39,290 bases of DNA from a virus. Taxonomy: Duplodnaviria > Heunggongvirae > Uroviricota > Caudoviricetes. Numbering within the stretch: position 1 is the stretch's first letter; each line of letters begins with the position of its first letter. The translations under genes were made by a program, and so were the position numbers. Of this stretch, positions 1 to 8,304 are shown one piece after another. A model generated the notes under the pieces. That model saw nothing but the letters and a program-made list of their open reading frames with translations, was not told where the DNA came from and did no database searches. The stretch lies in IMG/VR virus record IMGVR_UViG_2579778601_000004. One strand, given 5' to 3'.

Positions 1-1143
1 CTATGCTGTTTTGATATCTACGATAATCCAGTCTTTACCACGATCATCATTGTATCGGTCGGTCATTTTTCTGGATTTATGGCCTAACAACTTTTGCGTA
101 TCCAGACCCTGTTCCCGATATAACCGTTCTGACAGAGATCGCTGCTCATGAAATGTGGGCGCAGTTCCTTGCTCCCATTTTATGCCACATTTTTCCCGGG
201 CCTTTTTAAAAGCCGTTGTCAGAGTATTTGCAGAAACCTGGTCTCCTCTGTTTGCTTGAGAGGTAGTGTGACGGTAATGGACCAGATATTTACTAACAAC
301 AGCATCCCTGCACTGAGATATAACTTCACGAAGGGTAATATTCAGAGCATCGCATTTCAGGTTAAGCGGAATAGCAAGTTTTGAACCGGTTTTTTCCTGA
401 GTAATGTGCAACATGTCGTCCCATATATCAGAGAATTTCAAATTGCAGATATCGCCTAAACGTTGTCCAGTAACAAGAGCAAGTAGCATGCCGCATTTTA
501 AATAGGGCTGCCGTCTGCTTACGCTGTCAAATATTGCCTGCCATTCGGGCAGTGACAATCTTTGGCGGTTTACTCGATTTCGCGGTTGTTTTGTTGCCTG
601 CGCTGGGTTAAATCCTGGCGGAACATGTCCTGCGTGTTGTGCTTCTTTGAAGACGTCGATCAACACCATTCTCACGACTTGCGCCATCCTGTTATGACCT
701 TCAGCCTTTACAGCATCAATTATTTCGGCAATATCAAGTGCGGTAATATCCTTGAGGTGTTGCATTCCACAATGCTCACGGAAAAGACGAATGGGTTTGC
801 CTTTTTGCCGATAGGAGTTGGGTCTTAGTTCATTATGTTGCAGCCTGTCCTCTTGGATAGAAATATATTTATCAAGCCATTCTGTCACCGTAATGTCTGA
901 GCGCCTGCCTTTCATTCTTTCCAGACGCTCATTGACGCTTAATATTTGTCTGGTACGTTGTTCAGCAATAATGGTATTTGCTTCAGTAGCAACTTGTTTT
1001 GCTTCATTCTCATCAGTTCCTAAGCTATGAAAACGACCGGATAGTGGATGTTTGTATTGCCAATATACCTTTCCGGTTCGCTTATCTAATTTGCAATATA
1101 AATTGGGTATAGAGATTTTGTGAGATCGGGGTCTAGCAGCCAT
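1..1143 (-). CDS. int: Phage tyrosine integrase (site-specific recombinase), complete; not the lambda Int sequence
   Basis: 380-aa ORF ending at the TAG at 1-3; sits immediately downstream of and overlapping an excisionase-like gene at the prophage left end. Family call is by position and general recognition. Confidence 0.85.
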   Translation of the reverse strand: MAARPRSHKISIPNLYCKLDKRTGKVYWQYKHPLSGRFHSLGTDENEAKQVATEANTIIAEQRTRQILSVNERLERMKGRRSDITVTEWLDKYISIQEDRLQHNELRPNSYRQKGKPIRLFREHCGMQHLKDITALDIAEIIDAVKAEGHNRMAQVVRMVLIDVFKEAQHAGHVPPGFNPAQATKQPRNRVNRQRLSLPEWQAIFDSVSRRQPYLKCGMLLALVTGQRLGDICNLKFSDIWDDMLHITQEKTGSKLAIPLNLKCDALNITLREVISQCRDAVVSKYLVHYRHTTSQANRGDQVSANTLTTAFKKAREKCGIKWEQGTAPTFHEQRSLSERLYREQGLDTQKLLGHKSRKMTDRYNDDRGKDWIIVDIKTA

Positions 1144-1369
1144 CAGCGATTATCCTTTGGAGTTTTGGGTTTGCGTTTATTGGGAGTTGCGGTTCTGCAA
1201 GCGTTCCTACAAAACGGGAATTTCGGTCAATCATCCAGTAGCGACCAACTTTTATAGCGGGTGGGGCCATCATTTTCCCTTGCGCGTATTTTTTCAGAAC
1301 TCGCTCACTTGGTGCTAAGTCCCCAAATTCTTCTTTAGCCCAGTCCTGTAAAGTGATTAGTCGAGACAT
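1133..1369 (-). CDS. xis: Excisionase (Xis-like DNA-binding protein)
   Basis: 78-aa ORF overlapping the int start by 11 bp; ATG at 1369 preceded by GAGGAGG; LTLQDW...PPAIKVGRYWMI resembles the lambda Xis winged-helix region. Confidence 0.75.
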   Translation of the reverse strand: MSRLITLQDWAKEEFGDLAPSERVLKKYAQGKMMAPPAIKVGRYWMIDRNSRFVGTLAEPQLPINANPKLQRIIADGC

Positions 1370-1508
1370 TTGTCCTCCTCTTAGCTGCTGAGGGAGTTTG
1401 TGACCGATATATCTGACATGATATTAAGCTCATGGCAGGTACATCTCTTGACTGGTCATAGAGATAAATTTAATGCTGAGAAATGCAGTATTGAATTTAT
1501 CAATTTTT

Positions 1509-1748
1509 CTATTTCCTGCGCATGTCACGTAACTTCTTAATGTGTTCTGCCGTTTCGATCTCTTCTGCTATCCGATCTGCATCAGCTTTATTCACAGGTT
1601 CAAAGTCATGATTAAAGCGGAACATGCTGGCGATACATGTTCTGCCTTTTCGGATGTAGTGAACTTTGTTGTGGGTAGAACGCAGGATTTTGCAGGGAGT
1701 GCCGTGGTGGTCGACGTACCAGGTGTTAGGGTCAATCACTCTGAACAT
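1509..1748 (-). CDS. Hypothetical early-left protein (79 aa)
   Basis: ORF with ATG at 1748, in an overlapping same-strand series with the next gene (upstream gene stop at 1732); no family recognised. Confidence 0.45.
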   Translation of the reverse strand: MFRVIDPNTWYVDHHGTPCKILRSTHNKVHYIRKGRTCIASMFRFNHDFEPVNKADADRIAEEIETAEHIKKLRDMRRK

Positions 1749-2058
1749 TCTTGACCTTGTGTTGTGCGGATTGATATTCAGTGCTGATATTCACCTTTAT
1801 AGCGAACACCTTTACCGGTTTATCGCCAAAGTGCGGATGTGTGATTGTCTTCACTTCATATCCGTCATACGGAACATCAATTCTGCGACTGGAATCGTCG
1901 CGCTTCGGATATCCCTTTGTGATAATCAGGCGGTCATATTCCCGGAACATAATTCGCTTATTCCAGTAGTCATTACACAAGCGATACTCTTCCGTTTTCT
2001 CTCCGCGAATCATGGCATCGAAGTATTCACTTTTAACAGCAAGTTGCAGGTTAGCCAT
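1732..2058 (-). CDS. Putative ASCH/PUA-like domain protein (108 aa)
   Basis: ATG at 2058 shares its A with the upstream gene's TGA; N-terminal IRGEKTEEYR resembles the ASCH GxKTxExR signature. Family assignment tentative. Confidence 0.45.
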   Translation of the reverse strand: MANLQLAVKSEYFDAMIRGEKTEEYRLCNDYWNKRIMFREYDRLIITKGYPKRDDSSRRIDVPYDGYEVKTITHPHFGDKPVKVFAIKVNISTEYQSAQHKVKNVQSD

Positions 2059-2279
2059 CACTTAATCCCCCTTTGTTTGCGGATAAGCTCCAGATCTTGC
2101 TGGCAACTGGCGCAAGTCCGACAACCCTGAACGGCCAGGCGTCTTCGTTCATCTATCGGATCGCCACACTCACAACAATGAGTGGCAGATACAGCCAGGT
2201 AGTTCAGGCGGCGCATTTTTATTGCTGTGTTGCGCTGTAATTCTTCTATTTCTGATGCTGAATCAATGATGTCTGCCAT
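2058..2279 (-). CDS. TraR/DksA-family C4 zinc-finger protein
   Basis: 73 aa with CxxC-(17)-CxxC (CCECGD...CRTCASCQ), typical of phage TraR/DksA-like zinc fingers; ATG at 2279. Confidence 0.65.
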   Translation of the reverse strand: MADIIDSASEIEELQRNTAIKMRRLNYLAVSATHCCECGDPIDERRRLAVQGCRTCASCQQDLELIRKQRGIK

Positions 2280-2377
2280 CTTTCATTAATCCCTGAACTG
2301 TTGGTTAATACGCTTGAGGGTGAATGCGAACAATAAAAAAGGAGCCTGTAGCTCCCTGATAATTTTGCTTTTCATGT

Positions 2378-2659
2378 TCATCGTTCCTTAAAGACGCCGT
2401 TTAACATGCCGATTGCCAGGCTTAAATGAGTCGGTGTGAATCCCTTCAGCGTTACCGTTTCGCGGTGCTTCTTCAGTACGCTACGGCAAATGTCATTGAC
2501 GTTTTTATCCGGAAACTGCTGTCTGACTTTTTTGATTTCAGAATTAGCCTGACGGGCAATGCTGCGAAGGGCATTTTCTTGCTGAGGTGTCACTGAACAA
2601 GCCCCATGTCGGCAAGCATAAGCACACAGAATATGAAGCCCGCTGCCAGAAAAATGCAT
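2378..2659 (-). CDS. Hypothetical protein (93 aa)
   Basis: ORF with ATG at 2659 in the early-left gene series; no family recognised. Confidence 0.35.
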   Translation of the reverse strand: MHFSGSGLHILCAYACRHGACSVTPQQENALRSIARQANSEIKKVRQQFPDKNVNDICRSVLKKHRETVTLKGFTPTHLSLAIGMLNGVFKER

Positions 2660-2669
2660 TCAGTGGTTG

Positions 2670-2861
2670 TCATACCTGGTCTCTCTCATCTGCTTCTGCT
2701 TTCGCCACCATCATTTCCAGCTTTTGTGAAAGGGATGTGGCTAACGTATGAAATTCTTCGTCTGTTTCTGCTGGTATTGGCACAAACCTGACTCCAATTT
2801 GAGCAAGGCTATGTGCCAAATCAATACTCGTTCTTAACTCAACAGGAGATGCTTTGTGCAT
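2670..2861 (-). CDS. Hypothetical small acidic protein (63 aa)
   Basis: ORF in same-strand series upstream of exo; no family recognised. Confidence 0.3.
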   Translation of the reverse strand: MHKASPVELRTSIDLAHSLAQIGVRFVPIPAETDEEFHTLATSLSQKLEMMVAKAEADERDQV

Positions 2862-3022
2862 ACCGCCCCCCGTTTATTATTTATCTCCTCAGCCAGCCGC
2901 TGGGCTTTCAGCGGATTTCGGATAACAGAAAGACCGTGAAATACCCAGCCTCGCTTTGTAACGGAGTAGACGAAAGTGATCGCGCCTACCCGGATATTAT
3001 CGTGAGGATGGGTCATCGCCAT
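2834..3022 (-). CDS. Hypothetical small protein (62 aa)
   Basis: ATG at 3022; its third codon overlaps the exo stop (ATGGCGATGA), suggesting translational coupling; no family recognised. Confidence 0.3.
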   Translation of the reverse strand: MAMTHPHDNIRVGAITFVYSVTKRGWVFHGLSVIRNPLKAQRLAEEINNKRGAVCTKHLLLS

Positions 3023-3693
3023 TGCTCTCCAAATACAAAACCAATTTCAGCCAGTGCTTCGTCCATTTTTTCGATGAACTCCGGCACCATCTCGTCAAAA
3101 CTCGCCATGTACTTTTCATCCCGCTCAACCACGACATAATGCAGGCCTTCACGCTTCATTCGTGGGTCATAGTTGGCAAAGTACCAGGCATCTTTTCGTG
3201 TCACCCACATGCTGTACTGCACCTGGGCCATGTAAGCCGACTTTATGGCCTCGAAACCACCGAGCCGGAACTTCATGAAATCCCGGGAGGTAAACGGGCA
3301 TTTCAGCTCAAGGCCATTGCCGTCACTGCATAAACCATCGGGAGAGCAGGCGGTGCGCATACTTTCGTCGCGATAGATGATCGGGGATTCAGTAACATTC
3401 ACGCCGGAAGTGAATTCAAACAGGGTTCTGGCGTCGTTCTCGTACTGTTTTCCCCACGCCAGCGCCTTAGCATTAACTTCCGGAGCCACACCGGTGCAAA
3501 CCTCAGCCAGCAGGGTGTGGAAGTAGGACATTTTCATGTCAGGCCACTTCTTTCCTGAGCGGGGCTTTGCTATCACGTTGTGAACTTCTGAAGCGGTGAT
3601 GACGCCGAGCCGTAATTTGTGCCATGCATCATCCCCCTGTTCGACAGCTCTCACGTCGATCCCGGTACGCTGCAGGATAATGTCCGGTGTCAT
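3013..3693 (-). CDS. exo: Lambda exonuclease (Red alpha)
   Basis: 226-aa translation recognised as essentially identical to lambda Exo ([52 protein letters not shown]...). Confidence 0.95.
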   Translation of the reverse strand: MTPDIILQRTGIDVRAVEQGDDAWHKLRLGVITASEVHNVIAKPRSGKKWPDMKMSYFHTLLAEVCTGVAPEVNAKALAWGKQYENDARTLFEFTSGVNVTESPIIYRDESMRTACSPDGLCSDGNGLELKCPFTSRDFMKFRLGGFEAIKSAYMAQVQYSMWVTRKDAWYFANYDPRMKREGLHYVVVERDEKYMASFDEMVPEFIEKMDEALAEIGFVFGEQWR

Positions 3694-4475
3694 GCTGCCA
3701 CCTTCTGCTCAGTGGCTTTCTGTTTCAGGAATCCAAGAGCTTTCACTGCTTCGGCCTGTGTCAGTTCTGACGATGCGCGAATGTCGCGGCGAAATATCTG
3801 GGAACAGAGCGGCAATAAGTCGTCATCCCATGTTTTGTCCAGGGCAATCAGCAGAGTGTTAATCTCCTGCATGGTTTCATCGTTAACCGGAGTGATGTCG
3901 CGTTCCGGCTGACGTTCCGCAGTGTATGCAGTATTTTCGACAATGCGCTCGGCTTCATCCTTGTCATAGATACCAGCAAATCCGAAGGCCAGACGGGCAC
4001 ACTGAATCATGGCTTTATGCCGTAACATCCGTTTGGGATGCGACTGCCACGGCCCCGTGATTTCTCTGCCTTCGCGAGTTTTGAATGGTTCGCGGCGGCA
4101 TTCATCCATCCATTCGGTAACGCAGATCGGATGATTGCGGTCTTTGCGGTAAATCCGGCACGTACATGATTCATTGTCCTGCTCAAAGTCCATGCCATCA
4201 AACTGCTGGTTTTCATTGATGATGCGGGACCAGCCATCAACGCCCACCACCGGAACGATGCCGTTCTGCTTATCAGGGAAGGCGTAAATTTCTTTCGTCC
4301 ACGGATTAAGGCCGTACTGGTTGGCGACGATCAGCAATGCGATGAACTGCGCATCGCTGGCATCACCTTTAAATGCCGTCTGACGAAGAGTGGTGATCAG
4401 TTCCTGTGGGTCGACAGAATCCATGCCGACACGTTCAGCCAGCTTCCCAGCCAGCGTTGCGAGTGCTGTACTCAT
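3690..4475 (-). CDS. bet: Red beta single-strand annealing protein
   Basis: 261-aa translation recognised as lambda Bet; start overlaps the exo end by 4 bp as in lambda. Confidence 0.95.
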   Translation of the reverse strand: MSTALATLAGKLAERVGMDSVDPQELITTLRQTAFKGDASDAQFIALLIVANQYGLNPWTKEIYAFPDKQNGIVPVVGVDGWSRIINENQQFDGMDFEQDNESCTCRIYRKDRNHPICVTEWMDECRREPFKTREGREITGPWQSHPKRMLRHKAMIQCARLAFGFAGIYDKDEAERIVENTAYTAERQPERDITPVNDETMQEINTLLIALDKTWDDDLLPLCSQIFRRDIRASSELTQAEAVKALGFLKQKATEQKVAA

Positions 4476-4480
4476 CCGTT

Positions 4481-4777
4481 TTATACCTCTGAATCAATAT
4501 CAACATGGTGGTGAGCAATGGTTTCAACCATGTACCGGATGTGTTCTGCCATGCGCTCCTGAAACTCAACATCGTCATCAAACGCACGGGTAATGGCTTT
4601 TTTGCTGGCCCCGCAGCGTTGCAAATGATCGATGCAGAGTGATTCAAACAGGTGCTGTGGAAGACCTTTTTCCATGTCGTCTGCCAGTTCTGCCTCTTTC
4701 TCTTCACGGGCGATCTGCTGGTAGTGACGCGCCCAGCTTTGAGCCTCAAGACGATCCTGAATGTAATAAGCGTTCAT
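4481..4777 (-). CDS. gam: Gam, RecBCD inhibitor (short form)
   Basis: 98-aa translation matches lambda Gam from [26 protein letters not shown] 7 nt upstream of the ATG at 4777. Confidence 0.9.
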   Translation of the reverse strand: MNAYYIQDRLEAQSWARHYQQIAREEKEAELADDMEKGLPQHLFESLCIDHLQRCGASKKAITRAFDDDVEFQERMAEHIRYMVETIAHHHVDIDSEV

Positions 4778-4852
4778 GGCTGAACTCCTGAAAATGGCTG
4801 TGAAAATATCGCCTGCGAAATGCCGGGCTGATTAGGTAAACAGGAAAGGGGA

Positions 4853-5059
4853 TTAGTGATTCAGGCCGTTGCCGCGTCCGTCGAGAAAAACTTCCACGAG
4901 CAAATCACGGGTATAAGTGCGCTCGATGCCGCGATGCAGATAAAGCCGTCCGCGTAAATTAGCTGATGCAGTCCAGGTACCATCTTTGTGTTTGACCAGC
5001 ATTCCTGGCATGACCGCACCGCGATTAACGGTCTGCGTTCCGTAATGTTGATGAACCAT
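4853..5059 (-). CDS. Hypothetical protein in the kil/cIII/N position (68 aa; ORF could extend to 96 aa with start at 5143)
   Basis: ATG at 5059 has a strong AGGAG 5-6 nt upstream; the longer ORF from 5143 has a weaker GAGG. No arginine-rich N-like motif; no family recognised. Confidence 0.4.
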   Translation of the reverse strand: MVHQHYGTQTVNRGAVMPGMLVKHKDGTWTASANLRGRLYLHRGIERTYTRDLLVEVFLDGRGNGLNH

Positions 5060-5299
5060 AAAAACTCCTGCCCGTAAGCTGGGCTGCTGAACATATAGAG
5101 ACTTCTGCGCGTATTCAGGCGGTGGATGGCCGCCGGTTGTCATAACTAAGCCGCCTCGTTGAAGCGACTAAGGTATGAAATGTTGAGTTAATTTCAGCTG
5201 GTCACACCGACGTTCACGCGTCCGTTTCACCCCTCGCACTCCCCGAAGCCTGCTGAAATTCAAACTGCGGATCTAAGCGGTCATCGCAACGGTGAATCA

Positions 5300-5420
5300 G
5301 GTAGTTGCCGTATCGTTGTGTTGTTGCGATGAACTTATTTAAAACTATAGTTGTTTTATCGTCAACAACAAAAGTTGTTTTATTGGTTGTTTTAGATATA
5401 ACTGGTTGTATTTAGGATGG
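5300..5420 (-). promoter_or_regulatory. Putative OL/pL-like leftward operator-promoter cluster
   Basis: Clustered GTTGTT/AACAAC half-sites (CAACAACAAAAGTTGTT, TGGTTGTTTTAGATATAACTGGTTGT) sharing the half-site of the cI-cro palindrome; located left of the repressor terminator as OL is in lambda. Confidence 0.45.
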
Positions 5421-5504
5421 ATTTATTTTGTGACTTGAATCGCATAGCGATAACTGAAGCGAGGTTATGGTGGTTTTTTTAACGGTGTGTGTGATGAGGG
5501 GAGG

Positions 5505-5533
5505 GCAAAAGAAAACCCGGCACGGTGACCGGG
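5505..5533 (-). terminator. Putative intrinsic terminator downstream of the repressor gene
   Basis: On the minus strand CCCGG-TCACCGTG-CCGGG hairpin followed by TTTTCTTTT; about 120 bp past the repressor stop. Confidence 0.5.
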
Positions 5534-5654
5534 ATTCTTACGCCGTTAGGTAAAGATATTATTGCGGTGGCTTAATATTACTACCTAGAGCAAAGATAGG
5601 AATTAGTTCTTTACTGAATGAGCACAATGCCCAGTTGATAATTTTTAATTGGTA

Positions 5655-6344
5655 CTACCCATGCTTCCTATATGTCTGCGGCATGCTCCCAATAACCTTA
5701 CCGAAGATGAACACCCGGTTCATCTCGTCTTTCTCGATCGGGTCCCACGGTGAGTAGCTTTTGTTATCAGAGATGACCAGCAGCTTATCCTTCATCATTT
5801 GCAGGCGCTTTACATGGGCTGTGTCGTCGTACAGAAACGCATAGATACCATCACCGTCGAAAGATTTAACTGTGATATCAACGAACAGCAGATCACCTGG
5901 TTCGATCGTTCCTGACATGCTGTCACCACGCACGTTAATGATGCGGATATTTTCCGCCTTCCTACCATCGAACATGTGACGAGCATCGTCAAACGAGTAC
6001 TCAACCGAGCGTAGAACTTCTACAAACTCACGGTTGATGACTCCCGGCCCAGCACTGACTTCTATATCAAGAACGTCAATCTTGAAGTATTTGGAATGGC
6101 TGACAGTTGATTGTATTGGTTGCACTGTACTGTCTGACATATTTCCAACGCCAGAAGATAACCATTCTGCGCGCACACCCAAAGCGTTCGCGATCTCCAC
6201 GATTTTAGTTGTTTGATTAGCTTTCCCTGTTTCGATTTTCTGAATAGCAGCCTGGCTAACCCCGACCAAATCCCCAAGCGCCTTTTGTGTAAGGCCTCGC
6301 GCTAATCTGGCTTCTTTAAGTCTTTCTGAGAGTGTTGTTTTCAT
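5655..6344 (-). CDS. CI-like prophage repressor (N-terminal HTH, C-terminal LexA-like S24 peptidase)
   Basis: HTH (LTQKALGDLVGVSQAAIQKIE), Ala-Gly linker (SAGPG), S24 motifs (VRGDSMSGTIEPGDLLFVD, active-site Ser and KRL Lys). ATG chosen at 6344 (MKTTLSERL); the track's upstream extension to 6410 runs into the operator palindrome. Confidence 0.85.
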   Translation of the reverse strand: MKTTLSERLKEARLARGLTQKALGDLVGVSQAAIQKIETGKANQTTKIVEIANALGVRAEWLSSGVGNMSDSTVQPIQSTVSHSKYFKIDVLDIEVSAGPGVINREFVEVLRSVEYSFDDARHMFDGRKAENIRIINVRGDSMSGTIEPGDLLFVDITVKSFDGDGIYAFLYDDTAHVKRLQMMKDKLLVISDNKSYSPWDPIEKDEMNRVFIFGKVIGSMPQTYRKHG

Positions 6345-6448
6345 AGTCCAAATGTACAACCAAGGTTTTATTCCATCAAACGAAAATGGTTGTTGACTAA
6401 AAACAACCATAGTTTTAATCTTGATTCAAATTAACCACGGAGGTTGTT
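6345..6448. promoter_or_regulatory. OR-like divergent operator/promoter region with a 9-bp-arm palindrome
   Basis: ATGGTTGTT-GACTAAA-AACAACCAT inverted repeat at 6386-6410; TTGACT (-35-like) at 6393-6398; GGAGG RBS before the cro-like ATG at 6449. Confidence 0.55.
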
Positions 6449-6679
6449 ATGAACCCAGCTATCAAAACAGCGATCAATATCGTTGGTTCACAAAAGAAAC
6501 TGGGCGCTGCTTGCGAAGTTTCACAGCAGGCCGTCTATAAGTGGCTTCACAACAAAGCAAAGGTATCCCCTGAACATGTCGGCAGCATTGTTACGGCTAC
6601 TGGTGGAGTAGTGAAGGCATACCAGATTCGCCCGGATCTTCCGAAGTTGTTTCCACACACCGAAAAGAACGCAGCTTAA
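6449..6679 (+). CDS. Cro-like HTH regulator (YdaS/Cro family)
   Basis: 76 aa, divergent from the repressor; HTH-like LGAACEVSQQAVYKWL; GGAGG RBS. Confidence 0.65.
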   Translation: MNPAIKTAINIVGSQKKLGAACEVSQQAVYKWLHNKAKVSPEHVGSIVTATGGVVKAYQIRPDLPKLFPHTEKNAA

Positions 6680-6748
6680 ATTTCCATTTCACGCTCTTTA
6701 ACAATAAGCAATCAACTTAACAGTCAATTCAAACTAAAGGAGTCAATT

Positions 6749-7288
6749 ATGCAACCACTTACATACCAACAGACTAGCGGATTTAGCCCGACTGCGGTGA
6801 TAAATCGTTCTCAAACAAAACAGGTGCCAGGCCACGAAAAAATCCGTGATGCCGTCCGCGCCTGGTCGGCTGTAGATAATCAGGATGTCGTTGCCACACT
6901 CATTGTGAATGAGTATCTGGAGCAGGGCGGCGGCACCATCGATTTCCCTGATGATGTCAGCCGTGCACGCCAGAAGCTGTTCCGCTTCCTCGATAACAAA
7001 TTCGATTCTGAAAAATACCGAAATAACGTGCGTGAACTGACCCCGGCAATTCTGGCGGTACTACCGCTGGAATATCGCGGTTACCTGGTTGAGCAGGATA
7101 GCTTCATGGCTAGGTTGGCTGAAATGGAAAAGGAACTCAGTGAGGCAAAACAGGCTGTCATTCTCAACGCACCACGCCACCAGAAACTGAAGGAAATTAG
7201 TGAAGGTATTGTGTCGATGTTTCGTGTGGACCCAGATCTGGCTGGTCCATTGATGGCGATGGTTACTACCATGCTGGGGGCGATATGA
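6749..7288 (+). CDS. CII-position regulator, YdaT/CP76-like (tentative)
   Basis: 179 aa directly after the cro-like gene; AAGGAG RBS; EYLEQGGG motif that I associate with YdaT-type proteins. Not verified. Confidence 0.4.
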   Translation: MQPLTYQQTSGFSPTAVINRSQTKQVPGHEKIRDAVRAWSAVDNQDVVATLIVNEYLEQGGGTIDFPDDVSRARQKLFRFLDNKFDSEKYRNNVRELTPAILAVLPLEYRGYLVEQDSFMARLAEMEKELSEAKQAVILNAPRHQKLKEISEGIVSMFRVDPDLAGPLMAMVTTMLGAI

Positions 7289-7374
7289 CAGGTTCAGAAA
7301 TGGCGAAAGCCGGTCTGCTGGAACAGAACCGACTTTCAGGTGCAAATCGTAACACACTCATTGCGGGAGGAATT

Positions 7375-8304
7375 ATGGCAAACACTGCTGAGATATTCAA
7401 TTTTCCAGTGCCGGATGCGGCACAAAAGGAGCCGCGCGTGGCAGATCTCGATGATGGTTATACGCGCATTGCAAATGAGTTGCTGGAAGCTGTGATGCTG
7501 GCCGGATTAACACAGCACCAGCTTCTGGTCTTTCTGGCTGTCATGCGCAAAACATATGGCTTTAATAAAAAACTGGATTGGGTTAGCAACGAGCAACTTT
7601 CCGAATTAACCGGGATATTGCCGCACAAGTGTTCTGCTGCAAAAAGTGTTCTGGTAAAGCGTGGGATTTTTATTCAGAGCGGGCGGAATACCGGCATTAA
7701 TAATGTGGTCAGTGAATGGTCAACATTACCCGAATCAGGTAAGAAAAATAAAGTTTACCTGAAAGAGGTAAATTTACCTGAATCAGGTAAAAAAAGTTTA
7801 CCCAAATCAGGTAAAGGCGTTTACCCGAATCAGGTAAACACAAAAGACAAACTAACAAAAGACAATATAAAACCTTTTTCGTCCGAGAATTCTGGCGAAT
7901 CCTCTGACCAACCAGAAAACGATCTTCCTGTGGTGAAACCGGATGCTGCAATTCAGAGCGGCAGCAAGTGGGGGACAGCAGAAGACCTGACCGCCGCAGA
8001 GTGGATGTTTGACATGGTGAAGACCATCGCGCCATCAGCCAGAAAACCGAATTTTGCAGGGTGGGCTAACGATATCCGCCTGATGCGTGAACGTGACGGA
8101 CGTAACCACCGCGACATGTGCGTGCTGTTCCGCTGGGCATGCCAGGACAACTTCTGGTCCGGTAACGTGCTAAGTCCGGCCAAACTCCGCGACAAGTGGA
8201 CCCAACTCGAAATCAACCGTAACAAGCAACAGGCAGGCGTGACAGCTAGCAAACCAAAACTCGACCTGACAAACACAGACTGGATTTACGGGGTGGATCT
8301 ATGA
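7375..8304 (+). CDS. O: Replication initiator O (lambda O-like)
   Basis: Start chosen at ATG 7375 after GGGAGG (MANTAEIFNFPV...ADLDDGYTRIANELLEA, like lambda O MTNTAKILNF...ADLDDGY); contains the iteron array; stop overlaps the P start. Confidence 0.85.
   Translation: MANTAEIFNFPVPDAAQKEPRVADLDDGYTRIANELLEAVMLAGLTQHQLLVFLAVMRKTYGFNKKLDWVSNEQLSELTGILPHKCSAAKSVLVKRGIFIQSGRNTGINNVVSEWSTLPESGKKNKVYLKEVNLPESGKKSLPKSGKGVYPNQVNTKDKLTKDNIKPFSSENSGESSDQPENDLPVVKPDAAIQSGSKWGTAEDLTAAEWMFDMVKTIAPSARKPNFAGWANDIRLMRERDGRNHRDMCVLFRWACQDNFWSGNVLSPAKLRDKWTQLEINRNKQQAGVTASKPKLDLTNTDWIYGVDL
7726..7838. repeat. ori-lambda-type iteron array inside O, followed by an AT-rich tract
   Basis: Five copies of about 19 bp TTTACC(C/T)GAATCAGGTAAA, each with internal dyad TACC...GGTA, then an A-rich stretch at 7839-7875. 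Confidence 0.8.

Noticed and set aside
5144-5330. Search for a short N-like antiterminator ORF between the operator cluster and the first leftward gene
   Set aside because: Reverse-complement reading showed only very short ORFs (for example ATGACCGCTTAG) and no arginine-rich peptide, so no N gene is annotated.
6345-6410. Upstream extension of the repressor ORF to 6410 (track start MVVFSQQ...)
   Set aside because: The extension runs through the operator palindrome and has no RBS; the MKTTLSERL start at 6344 fits an HTH repressor N-terminus.
7726-7838. Possibility that the short direct repeats are a CRISPR array
   Set aside because: Repeats are about 19 bp with almost no spacers, lie inside the O coding sequence and match the layout of lambdoid origin iterons.
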